Below, piece after piece: positions 1 to 12,899 of a DNA stretch of 64,000 nt; position 1 is the stretch's first letter; the number at the start of each line of letters is the position of its first letter. Source of the stretch: the human T2T-CHM13v2.0 reference genome, Homo sapiens; assembly GCF_009914755.1 (NCBI RefSeq), contig NC_060929.1. One strand, written 5' to 3'. Below the pieces are notes generated by a model, which searched no databases, was not told where the DNA came from, and was given only the letters and a program-made list of their open reading frames with translations. The translations under genes and the position numbers were made by a program.

Positions 1-67
1 CTTGTTTCTCCCGACATAGTAGATTTTACTTACCTGTACAAAAGAACTACTTTTCATGACATTTATA

Positions 68-630
68 AATCACTCAACAAATTCAACTTTTTCTATGAAT
101 TAGGTCCTGCTCAAGCCACTGGAATTTGGATATGTTTAAAACAGACAAGGGCCTTGCTCTCATAGAGCTAACATTTTAATGAAATGAGATAAAGGGAAAT
201 TAACACAAAGGCAAACATGTAAGACAATCTCAGAGTGGTAGGTGCTATAAATGCAATCAAGTATGGTAGCATGGTAGAGAGGGACAGGGTGCAGAAAATA
301 TATTTCAAAGGCGAAGGCAATGGAAGGGTTTCTGAGGAGGTGCATTTAGACTGAGACCAGGAGGAGGAGAAGGAGATGATCAGGGGAAGATCTAGTAGAA
401 GAGAGAAAATAAAGGCCTTGAGTCAGGGATAAACTCGATGTTTTTGAGGAATATAAAAAATGGCAGTGTGGCTGGAAACCAGCAACAGAGGTGGGGAGGG
501 GGAAGAAATGACGTAATGTGGTAGCTAGAAATCAAATCAGGATGAGTCTGCTGGACTATGGCAAAGAATCAGGATATTATTCAGAGTTAGGAAGAAGATG
601 TTCACTGGGGGAATAGTGTGATTGATCTAA
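68..630 (-). mobile_element. L2 LINE 3' remnant (degraded)
   Basis: Matches to antisense L2 3' end: ATCACTCAACAAA, AAACAGACAAGGGCCTTGCTCTCATAGAGCT, TTTCTGAGGAGGTG-CATTT, TTTTGAGGAA...GGCAGTGTGGCTGGA. Boundaries approximate. Confidence 0.65.
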
Positions 631-973
631 CTTACGAATTTTCAAAACCAATATGAACATTAATTGTAGAATCTAGGTGGTGTGTACACAGGTTTTTAAC
701 TATACAATTATTTGAACTTTTCTGTATCTTTGCAAATTTTCCTAATAAAATGCTGGGGGCAAGGGAATCAATACAGCAATGGAAGTGGAATAAGTAGAAG
801 CAGTGAGTGGTCCAAGCATTAAATAATGTTAGTTTAAATTGGAATTTTAGTAAGAGAAATAGAGACTCCCTGCCCCCAAATTTAAAAAATTCTGTTAAAA
901 TGAAAGTCAAATTATGTTGCTTCTCTGGAAAAAATTTCTAATTATTATTTTATTAAACTCTACGAGTCAAATT

Positions 974-1298
<325 letters not shown>

Positions 1299-2027
1299 CT
1301 AGGGCCACCCAGTCACCTAGTGGAAGAAAAATCTATTAATAGTTGGAAATACCTCCCTTGGCAAGCCTGACAAGAGTTGGAAGAGTGCTTCATGGGGGTC
1401 AGACTGAGGCTGTGGAGTGGAGTCTGTACTCTGCTCCATTACATATGAAATGAAGCAGCTCTGCATGATCTGCCCAGCTGCATAGGACTCATTTTAATTC
1501 AGGCATGCTTAAGGATACAATAAGGAACGTGGAAGCCAGGCTCAGGCTTAGCTTAGTTCCCTTTGGGAAATTCAGTCACCTCAGCAGGTGGCCAGCTTCC
1601 AGGGAAATCCTTCAGAGAGTCGATTAATAACAGCTGCTTGACGCTAACTACTTCTCGGGAGCACATACTTCATAAAAGGGACAACAAATGAGCGACCTTT
1701 TTGAAGAGCCTAGTAATCAAGCTCAAGAAGGTATAGGTCATGGGCTTTTTGCTTGGCCTCAACACAGTCATGTAAAATTGATACTTAATAAGAACAACTC
1801 TGTGATGATAAGGGTGTCTATACCGGGGGAACAAACACATTTTGAAAAGTTTCTTTGGTACTTAAAACTCTAGGCATCCTCTCACTCTTGCTGGCCTCAG
1901 CAGGATGCAATCTAAAGAGGCACAAATACACATATGTCTTGGGCATACATCACAACTGAGGAGTCCTTACCAGAACACACTAAGTCCTTCAATAAATGTA
2001 ACCTACATTTTACCTTGAATCATCTGA

Positions 2028-2354
<327 letters not shown>

Positions 2355-3210
2355 ACAATCTCTCTTATACAGCTTATTTGATCCTGCCTGGAAGACTCAA
2401 GGAAGCAAAAAGCCAAAAAGAGACATGTTAAGCCATAAAGGAAGAGCTCGAGTTTTAGGTGGTTATTCATAGTTCAAGAGTCTGTATCATAATGATGAGC
2501 ACATGTGTTCCTGCTTCTGTCTCCTTTCTTTAATATTGCATCTTTTTGTCTTGCCTTCCCACCATAGCCATTGATCACAGAACAGCACTACTATTTAACA
2601 AGTTTAACATGCTCTGTGCCTCTTTGTTTTGCCTTTTCAATGTGTTAGTCATGGTTCTTCAAGGGAAGAATTATTCTGAAGGCCAGTGTCCCTCATGAGG
2701 CCTAGTAAATGTTTACCTTGCTTTGATAGTTAATTCTGATTCAAAGGTTGATCCTGATAGTTCAAGTCCAGGCTTAGCACCTTTGATAGCAGAAGCTGCT
2801 GCATGGGAACAGCAATAGAGCTACTATGAAAGAAACTACTTTGGAGAAACCACAGAATAGAACAACAGATGCTCTGGCTTCATTTATTCCAAACACAGTG
2901 AGATTTGGATGGGGAAAGTGAAGGGGTTGAGTAGGGAGGAGGAGAGGGCCTGTTATTGAAAGAAATGGATAAAAAGCTCCAAGTCTCCCTAAAAGATTGG
3001 ATTGAACATAGCAGTTACTGTTTCAAAAGGAGTTAGATATCTAACCTAAGCAAAGCAAAGGATTTAGGGAGAATTCTTAAAGAAGTTTAAAATTAGAAGA
3101 TTATCAGAATGAGGTTTGCAATGAGCAAGTTTAGGTTTATTAGAATCCTGCCAACATATACACACAAACCACACTCAAGCTAAGGGCCTCATAGAGCTCA
3201 GCTCCATAAA

Positions 3211-3262
3211 GGATGGATGGATGGATGGATGGATGGATGGATGGATGGATGGATGGATGGAT
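3211..3262. repeat. (GGAT)13 microsatellite
   Basis: 52 bp uninterrupted tetranucleotide repeat read directly. Confidence 0.98.
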
Positions 3263-3819
3263 AAATATATAGGTAAAGGGCACCCTTATGATAGAATGAG
3301 CAAACACAATTTTTGACCCAAAATGCCACTATTGGTACATTTCAGAGAAGAAAGTCAGGATTCCTCTTCATTATTGTAGCCATATGCAGGAAACAGATAT
3401 TTATGCCAAAAGTCTCCAACTTCATCTCTTCCCAGATGACTTGGTGAAATGTCACATTTGCTTTGTCCAAAGTAAGCCAAGGAACTGCTAATACTGGCAA
3501 TTCTGGATAATCAACACCTGTTAAGTGCATAGAGAAACCTGGCCCCAATCACAAGCATGTGAAGGCCCTCAGTTGACTAAGGCCTTAATCATTGGCTCTG
3601 GCTCACTGCTGCCTCTGGTTCTAAAGTCTCAACACTCAGTCTCAACGGGGGCCTCAAGAATCACCTGTTCTGCACCAGTTATCATTTTATTCTGAGTTTT
3701 CATACTCATTGGATTATTTTATAACTATGTCTTGTAATAGATGGATAGAGGATGCCATTAAATATAAAGAATTCGCTGCAATATTTCTAATTTGAGCTCC
3801 TTCATTTTCCTTTCTTTTT

Positions 3820-3955
3820 GACCCTGGATGAAGAAGTTAAATTCTCTGAGCCTCAGTTTCCTCATGGATTGTGATGAGGAATGAACAAATGCTTATAAAA
3901 CTCCTAGCGCAATGTTTGGCAGTACTAAGCCCTCAAATGGTTATTGCCATTATTT
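3820..3955 (+). mobile_element. MIR SINE fragment
   Basis: MIR core TCTCTGAGCCTCAGTTTCCTCAT plus 3' end (CTAGCGCAATGTTTGGCA...TAAGCCCTCAAATGGTTA). Confidence 0.8.
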
Positions 3956-6074
3956 TAAGGTTTGTAAAATGAGTTTCCCTCTCTTTTGTATTACTATATT
4001 CTGTGACTAAATATCATGTTAAGTATTTAGGTATCCTGGCTTTTTATTTTTATTTTTTTGTATTACCAATAGAAAGCACCTGTTTCCTCTTTCTATTATC
4101 TTCCATTATAAATTGTACTATTTTGATATAATTTGTTTCAATGCCCACAAATAAACCTTGAAAGTTAGTACAGAGCAGTACTTTTGCTGTAAACTTCTCT
4201 TCCCACTCCCATACCCTGTTGTTACAACTAAACATATTAGTATCATATTTCCCTACAATTTAGTGAGTTAACATACTATGATAGCATTCAAGTCCAAGGA
4301 ATTTTGCCATTATGACCAATAACTAAATAGTTTTAGTTATATGTTTTGGCCTCTGTGAATTGACAAATGAAACAATTTGATGCAAGAATAAAATACATGT
4401 TGATGACAGTGATGACCGAAAGCATAAGAATGTCTCTGCCATCAGCTTATTTCCTTCTGTGTAGAGATCTATGAAGAACAGAAGCAAAGGAAACCTATAT
4501 GGCTCATGTCTATATAGTTCATGGAGCCACTTATGACTTCTTTTGCTATTCTCTTTAATTGATTCCTTATTCAGCAAATAGAACCAAGATACAATTAACC
4601 TTGCGAATAGTTCTTTAGGGGTGTACATATTCGGATTTGATTGGGTCTCATTTGGGTCACTGTCATTGACCTGAAGGTCAAAAAGAGCATACTGGCTGCT
4701 TTGGGGTAAGTAATATTGAATTAAATCTCTTCAGAGACTAGTTTAAAGCCTGGAAAAGTCTTCTGGCTTAAACAGTGAGAGATAATTGGAGTGTCTTGTG
4801 GTATCAAGTGTTTGAGTACAAATTAATATTTTGGTGTGATTGCTTGCTGTATGTTTTTAAAGGATTCCCACTGAAAGTCAGTTTAGTTTATACACAAGCC
4901 TCACAGTTATCTATTTAGAACAGTTGCAAGTAGCAGTTACAGCACTAATTACTGGACGACCATTCTTTCAGAATGTGAAAACCAGGTTATGTTTTTATGA
5001 CACTTTGAACAAGTATTACATGACTCAGGGTGTTTCAAAAGTTAAATGCCTTCTGAAGACATATGTTTAATTGAAATCCCAGAGAGCAATTATTTCCATT
5101 TTTCTTTTGTTTTGAGATAAAGATTTTCTCTTTTGTCGCTGAAGAACCAGTCATGAAATACGGCGTTTGGAGAGCAGATAAAGGAAGGGCAAGAGGGATC
5201 TTTGCAGAAATTGGGCATAAAGTTGCTGTAAACTTCTCGATAATGGATTTCTTGACATTTTTGTCCCCATAGTCACCCACCTCCTCTTTTCTGCATTCCA
5301 ATTCTTCTCACTTGATAATGGTTTCAACTTATTAAAACAGATAGTTCCTCTGGTCACTTGATTGATGCCAACATATATTTTAACTTTTAAAAATTTATAT
5401 TACTCAAGGTACTACTTTAGACACAAAGCACTCAGAAAGGGCCATTTCTAAGTCCGTTTATTTTCTCATGATCCATATTAAAACCTAGAGGCTGATTTTT
5501 TATGAATAGTTTTAGAGGTGGAATATTTAGTCCTGAGTTGTGTATTATTCATTAAGTATTACAGGTCGGATACTTAGGGCCTATGATCTCATCAAGTGAC
5601 TTAAGGAATGCTTGAGACATGGAAAAATTGTAGTATCTCAAAATATGGGGGGGGGGGACATTGAAGACAATATTTAATATAACATCCATAACACAGCATA
5701 TCCACTCTGTTAATTGTTATGTTTAGTACCATCAAAATTTCATAACATTTAAAAACAATTTACAGGTTAGGTAGCCTTCTTCTATAAAAATTCCTAAGAA
5801 CGTGCAATGACTAGAATCACTGCCACTCATAAATTAAGTTAGTGACACGTAGCCAAATAAGTTTAAAAACAACATAATAAACAATAATTATTCACCAATT
5901 AAAAATCATTTTAATGTCAAATGTGGAGGCTTGTGAATATCTTCCATATGATGTCAGGTATTGCCTCTAAAAATAAAAGCACCTAGGATCTCTAAGAAAG
6001 ATTAAAAGCAGTCCTATAATCCTCAGCAAATGGCAATGTTCTCTACTTAGCTCTTAGCATAAAATATGTGTATT

Positions 6075-6592
6075 AAGAATTGAAAGCAGGATCTAAAAGA
6101 GATATTTCACACTCATGTTAATAGCAGCATTATTCACAATAGCCAAAAGGTGGAAACAATCCAAGTGTCCATTGAGAGATGAGTGGATAAACAAAATGTG
6201 GTATATACATATGGTGGAATATTATTTAACCATCAAAAAGAAAGGAATCCTGGTGCATACTATAACATGAATGAATCTTGAGGACATTATGCTAAGTGAA
6301 ACAAGCCAGGCACAAAAAGACAAATACTATGTGATTACACTTATATGAAGATTCTAAAATCATCAAATTTATAAAAACAGAAAGTAGAACAATGGTTGCG
6401 AGGGGCTAGAAAAAGAGGGAAGTGAGGAGTTGTTGTTTAACAGATATAGAGTTTCCATTTTGCAAGATAAAAAAGTATGAAGACCTGTTTGACAGCAATG
6501 TGAATATACTTAACACTACTGAACTGTGTACTTAAAAATGGTTAAGATAGAAAATCATATGTTACGTTTTTTTACTACAATTTGAAAAAAAA
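6075..6592 (+). mobile_element. L1MB-type LINE-1 3' end (5' truncated)
   Basis: GCAGCATTATTCACAATAGCCAAAAGGTGGAAACAA, GAGGACATTATGCTAAGTGAAA, ACTGAACTGTGTACTTAAAAATGGTTAAGAT and a short A tail. Confidence 0.92.
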
Positions 6593-8399
6593 TTGCATTT
6601 TAATAAGTTATTGAGTCCTTTATTCCTTGGATTGTGCTTTATACAAGAATACTTTGATAAATGCAGTGGGTTTTCTTCTCTTGTTTATATAACTTCTTCT
6701 AATATAGTAGAAAGTAAAACTATAAAAAAGGAATATTATTTCTCAAACTCGAACCATTTAAAACCAATTTTAAATTAAAAAGAATAATTAAAATGTATGA
6801 CATAAATTCATTTTGTTATATGCTTACTCATATATAGTATATATATGTAAAAGTATATATATGTAAATATATATGTAAAATATCCATAAACAGTATTTTA
6901 ACTTTTGGACAATCATAAAGCAAACAAAAATTAGAAATGTCACTATTTCATATAACATTTGTTTCCTTCAATGACGTGAAGTCTTAAAGGAAGCAAAAAA
7001 TTACTAATGATACTATTCTCCTGTTACTTTTCTTTCCTTGAATTACAAGCAAATTTCTTTATATGGCAATGCAGAGATGTTTGTAGACCTTCACTTGGGA
7101 GAAATGTATCATTTCTATATTAAATCTGTTCCATGTTCTTTTCTCATTAACACACAGCAATAAAAATAGTATGACATTCCCAACATAATTAAAAATGCAA
7201 ATGCAAACCAACATTTAAATTGTGCTATAGCCCTAACTTATAAATGCTCAACCAGATGATTTAGAATATGCTGATATTTATTGTTTTAAATTATTATTGA
7301 AATGAAAACATAAACTCAGAACATTTTCAAAAAGAATTCTAAGCCACTCTCTGAGAATACCAGTTTAGGAAACCCTAAGTTTTAATACAGTAAGAGACAA
7401 AGTGTAATAGAGATATATACAATGTGATGTTGGAATATGAGGCAATTAATTCTGCTAAAGGGGATCAAGGAAGACTACAGAGAGAGACTGTCAATTAACA
7501 TTTAAATTGGACTTTGTTAGCTAAGTACGAAATGCCAGTGGGATAAACGTTTGTGTGTTGCCTGAGCAGGAAATTCCAACAGAGGTGGTAACTTAAGTAA
7601 AGGCCAAAACATGAGAAAGAATGTGATATATCTGAGGCAACAACGTGTGGAATATTTGAAAGGGTACCTGGAAACCCAAAGTTCTAGCTATTTAATTGCT
7701 GTTAAACTTTGCTTATTAACAATGTGGCACCATGTGAGATTATTAAATTTCAGAGAAAAGGTGGATCATATTTGTGTTTTAGAGGTACACTCAATGTGAA
7801 CTACATGAGGACACATTTTGTAGCAATGAAAACAACTGTCATCCAGAGTGGCCAATAAACCTAACAGATTTGTCAAGGCTGAACGTAAATTAACCTACAG
7901 GCAATTATTTTGTTTAATGTTGAGGAAATAATGAAAATATTTTTCTCTTAAGGAGGCACTACCATCATAAAAGTGTGGATTGCTGTTATCTAGTTTTTGA
8001 AAAATAGTAAATATTCCATAAAAGACTCCTTAAATTAATAAGATTGAGTTTCGAACTAAAAGGACAGAAAGGAAGAGTCTTCTCCTATTTTTAAATATAC
8101 TTCAAGGGAGAATAGGTCAATGGAATGCAGACATGGGAGAGTTGAGGAATGCAACGTTTTAAGACTCCCGATGCTGCATTTTCCCCACTAAGTATGATTC
8201 ATGCTTCCTTCAAGAACAGAAGTGAGAGAAGATTTATCTTTTTGTGATAAGCCAAGTTGAAAAAATGCAGGCATGAGAACTTAGGTGGGGTCCTAAGAGA
8301 TTGATTTTGGTTACAACTTGAATTGGAAAGAGAACAGTACAAAGAATGATTCTCACTCATTCTTCAGTGTGATGAGCCATTACTTAGAGAGACACTGAA

Positions 8400-8830
8400 A
8401 CATTCATTAAAAATATGTTGCTAGCCTAACCTCTTGGATATCTGGACAATTTCAATTCACTGTTTTACAGATTGAACTTATAAACTTTCTCCCTCAAACA
8501 TTGTTTCTCTTTCTGTATTTCCTGAATTAGTAAACACAACGCCTATTTCCTATTGACATTCCCTCCTGGTTGCTGACACTATAATGCTTACGAAGACAGG
8601 GAGTCATCATAGAATCTTTCCTCTCACAAATTTTCTTGCCAATTTTTCTCGCTTCTATATTTACGGAATTCATTTATTCTGTTCTATGCACACTGCAATC
8701 AGGTCCCTCCATTTAATTCCTGATGATCTCTAGTCTCTATTCTTACTATATTTTTGTCTCCAGGCTTTTCTTCTCAGGTTATCCTTCACAAGTCTACAAT
8801 AATTATATTTCTACCTAAAATATAATCATT
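8400..8830 (+). mobile_element. Degraded L2 fragment
   Basis: Weak L2-like phrases (CTCTTGGATATCT, GGAGTCATC, TATCCTTCACA...ATAATCAT); heavily diverged. Confidence 0.4.
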
Positions 8831-8869
8831 CCCTTGAAGTATATTGGAACAATATGGTTTCAGTCTCCC

Positions 8870-9060
8870 AGAGTCACAGAATGGGTCTAAGTATTAATCA
8901 CGGTACTTACTGACTGAGAGTTATTATTTTCTCAAGTTGGCTTATGAGGAAGTATTATTGAACTTCTGTGCCTCAGTTTTACTCATAATAAAGTTGTAAG
9001 GATTCATTAATACAACAATGCATGATGCATAGGAAATGATCAACAGCGTTGTTATTTTCT
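8870..9060 (+). mobile_element. MIR fragment
   Basis: AAGTATTATTGAACTTCTGTGCCTCAGTTTACTCAT core. Confidence 0.55.
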
Positions 9061-9074
9061 TTATTAATTTCCTT

Positions 9075-9520
9075 CTGGCTTCTCATTTCCATCTTGAGAA
9101 AATCCAACAGGATAGTCAAAGTCTTTGTAATGTGTCCACTACTTTCCATTCAAATCTCATCTTTCTCCTAAGATGTTAGGAACCACGAACTCCAGACATA
9201 AGGCACGACTTCTGTTTCACTGAATGAACTATACTTACTTATCCCTCCAGGCCTTTGCACATATGGTTCTCCTTAAGAGAAATGCCTTTTTCTCCTGTCA
9301 GAATAATTTAATTTCTAATTTCCTTCTTCATTCATATTAGGGGGTGCTCTCACCGAGTTCCTGAACCCCATCAGAACACAGTGGCCCTAATGTGTAGTCC
9401 TGAAATATACTATGTATACTTCTATTGTGACAGCTATTACACTGTTTTGTTTCTCATTTGCCTCATCAACAGGCCAAAATCCCTAAGGCCAGGATTCTAG
9501 GCCTTATTCACTCCCAAAAT
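9075..9520 (+). mobile_element. L2 3' fragment
   Basis: CTCCAGGCCTTTGCACATATGGTTCTCC...AATGCC and CCCTAAGGCCAGGA...CTTATTCA match the L2 3' region. Confidence 0.5.
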
Positions 9521-9687
9521 TTCCAGATGAGACCAAATATAAAATTGGTCATGGATTAAATTGGATAAAATTGACATGGATTACTTAATAGCAGTCCAAA
9601 ATGTGAAGAGATCCTCAAAAGTCTCTCGGTCGATTTGAACCTATTTCAGTGATATAATATTAACAATTTACACAATTTGAAATTGGA

Positions 9688-9743
9688 AAATTTATAAACA
9701 TATGTAAGTTATTTTAAATTTATAAACATATGTAAGTTATTTT
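9688..9743. repeat. Perfect 28-bp tandem duplication
   Basis: AAATTTATAAACATATGTAAGTTATTTT occurs twice, head to tail. Confidence 0.95.
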
Positions 9744-9843
9744 TATATTTTGCCTGTTTTTCAACTTTAGACTCTAACTTGCTCACTGGACCCAGTTGGT
9801 AGTTTGAACTAGCTAAATATAACTGACAACATATATTGTTTTT

Positions 9844-10294
<451 letters not shown>

Positions 10295-10854
10295 TGAAAT
10301 TAGGTAAACTAATTCTACAGTTTTCTTTTGTAAAAACAGTCTATTATTGCTTTGATTCAGTTTACAAAATAATTTTTCAGTTTCAAAGAAAGCATTGTAT
10401 TGATATTGGCAGGAAAAACAGTTGGGAAATGTAATTAGATTGTAGAGAAGAAATTACTATGATGATGCATCTCTTCTTATCTGGTATATTAGATTTTCAT
10501 TTTCCACTTTCTCTTTTTTTTTTCTGGGTTTATCATTTTTTTCTAGCTCCCTTTTCTTATTTTTTTCAACTGGGGGGTTCAGCAAGGTCTCCAAAATAGT
10601 CTATACCCCAAGGAACTTATTTTCTTCTAAAAGAAAAGGTCCTAAGTTAAAATTGGGTCACTGGCATTGCTTTACAGTCCTAAACTAATTCCCAAGGTAA
10701 TGCTGAAATCATTCATGACCTCCTAAAAAGGATATAGTACAAAAGGTGGACCCAATATTTTCCTTAGAGAAAAAGCATAGAGGTCTCTATATTTATTATC
10801 TTAGAACCTGGCAGTCTTTCTCTGTGTCATTTTTTTTTTTGTCTGTCCCTGTTT

Positions 10855-10988
10855 TCTCTCTCCTCTCTCTCTCTGTGTATATAGAAATACATATATAAAA
10901 ATATATATTTATATGTAATATATATTATATATTATATCTATCTATATATATATATACACACACACACACATAAACATACACACATACA
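10855..10988. repeat. Compound (CT)/(TA)/(CA) low-complexity repeat
   Basis: Successive imperfect CT, TA and CA dinucleotide runs. Confidence 0.85.
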
Positions 10989-11084
10989 GAGTTCTCCCAC
11001 TCATCACATATTCACTCCTCTTGTAAATGTATCACTGTTTCTATCTGGAGGACCATCCTCTCCATCACGTCCTCCCAGTGAAAA

Positions 11085-11450
11085 TCATCTGTCACTGGAG
11101 AGTTAGGCAGGTGACTCAGGCCTGGCCATGCAGTCAATGAGCTCATATCAGGGTGTATCAGGTGTTTTTTTTTTGTTGTTGTTATGTTTTTTACCTTTGC
11201 ACTTACTGTGAGAATATGAATAATCTGGAGAAGATGCAGCCAACTTTCCACCACAAGGGAAAAGCCTGACAGAAAAGGAAATCAACTTTATAGAAGGATA
11301 CTGAGACAATGGGAAACAGAAACCAGGACCTATTTGAGCCCTCCATCACCTCGTTCTACAGCAAGAATTGTCCCTTGATTTTGCAATTTTGTGAGCCAAT
11401 AGATGTTGGGTTTTCTATTGCTTACAACAGCAAAAAAGCCATGCTGATAC
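11085..11450 (+). mobile_element. MLT1 (ERVL-MaLR) LTR remnant
   Basis: GCAGGTGACTCAGGCCTGGCCA, TGTGAGCCAATA, GTTGGGTTTTCTATTGCTTACAAC and ...CTGATAC end, typical of old MLT1J/K/L. Confidence 0.6.
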
Positions 11451-11474
11451 GTGAGGATTAGTTAGTTGCTAATA

Positions 11475-11675
11475 TGTTCTAAAGTCTTTGAACATGTAAA
11501 AGGCACTTGAAGAGCTTGCTTTACACATAGATTCTTAGTTCTTAATCACAGAGACTTTAATTCCGTTGGGAGTGGGGAGAGGCAGGGAGAAAAACATGAG
11601 GTTTATATTTTTAAGAAGCACCCTCTGTTTTTCTAAAGCTTATAGCCTACACACGACACATTGGGCAGAACTAAG
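11475..11675. mobile_element. MER5-like hAT DNA transposon remnant
   Basis: CACTTGAAGAGCTTG...ATAGATTC, CAGAGACTTTAATTC, ATTTTTAAGAAGCACCC resemble MER5A/B. Confidence 0.5.
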
Positions 11676-12299
11676 GTGGTGATGACCTGCTTCCTTTTTC
11701 AGAAATGACCAACAGCTCTGCAGAGGGAATGTTTTAGACAAATATTATAATCAAATAAAAAGCAACTTGAATTTATATCCCTTAATTATTTACAGTTTGA
11801 ACTCCACTCCTTTCTTTGAGAGAGCTTTATCCTGCTTCCAAAAAAGGCCTGGGAAAATTTTTTCAAATCTTAATAGCTCTACCATAAGTTATAAAAGTCT
11901 CCTGTACTTGTAATTTAATTTAAAATAATCCAAGACTGAAGTGTTAAATTTTTTTTGGTAATTTTAAAGAGCAATTTATTAGTTTACCATGAGATTTGAA
12001 ACCAGGATACACATATCACCTGGCTAGCACATTCTTTATTCAACAAGCAAAGCTAGAGAAAGTTTTACCATCTGATATTCTTTAATACCAGGCACAGATT
12101 AAAAAATATATACTTTTCTTGTATTTTCTTCACAAGAATAAATAAGAGAAAGAAAAAAAGGAGGAAAAATAAGAGGGAAGAAATGAAGTGAGAAAGAGTA
12201 AAGGAAATTATTGACCATTCATTACGTGATACGTTGAATCTACTGAGAAAAACAGAAAACTGTTTTTTTAGTAATCCGTCCCACTAATTTCATTTAAGT

Positions 12300-12425
12300 A
12301 ATTCACTAATTTGGTTAACAAATATTTACAGAATGTTAGCTATGTTCTAGGAATTGAACCAGGTATTTAAAAAAAATAAATAAACATAGTACTACCTTCA
12401 AACAGTTAACAGTCTAATAGCAAAG
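12300..12425 (-). mobile_element. L2 3' terminal fragment
   Basis: TTAACAAATATTTACAGAATGTTAGCTATGTTCTAGG ... ACAGTCTAATAG. Confidence 0.55.
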
Positions 12426-12899
12426 TCCAAAATATATTAAATGGCTATTGTATGTGTATTCAACATCGTGCTAGACATTTAGGTCTTCTAAAAAGAGACT
12501 TTACATTTATAAAATTAATGTACATCTTCTTACGAAGACAGTTAAATGTGTATTAATTAAATGATTCAAATAGTCATTAATCAGGCAAACCTCAGGGGAT
12601 TAAGGAAAAAAACCAACATAACTACATGAATTCTGAATCATCTCATGCACTGGAATTGACCCCCCAGAAATGATCATTTCAAGGGATAACAGTAAAGAAA
12701 ACAATTTCTCTACATTGTTTTCTTAAAGGAGGGCAATTTGAAATATACCTAGAGTAATCCATTGATCCACTTCTATGTCTTAGAAAAACTTTATAAGTTC
12801 TAACTGCAGTTCTTTTGTTTGCTGGTGGTATGATACTGGACAAGTTGCTGAGCATTCCTCATTTATAAAAGAATGATGGAGTTCATTGCATAAGGTATT

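Noticed and set aside
28-36. Perfect donor CAG|GTAAGT on the minus strand
   Set aside because: One such 9-mer is unsurprising by chance in 64 kb on two strands, and no convincing matching acceptor was found.
4323-5357. Cluster of minus-strand ORFs in unique DNA as a possible exon or pseudogene
   Set aside because: No recognisable homology, no consistent frame, no poly(A)/TSD signature.
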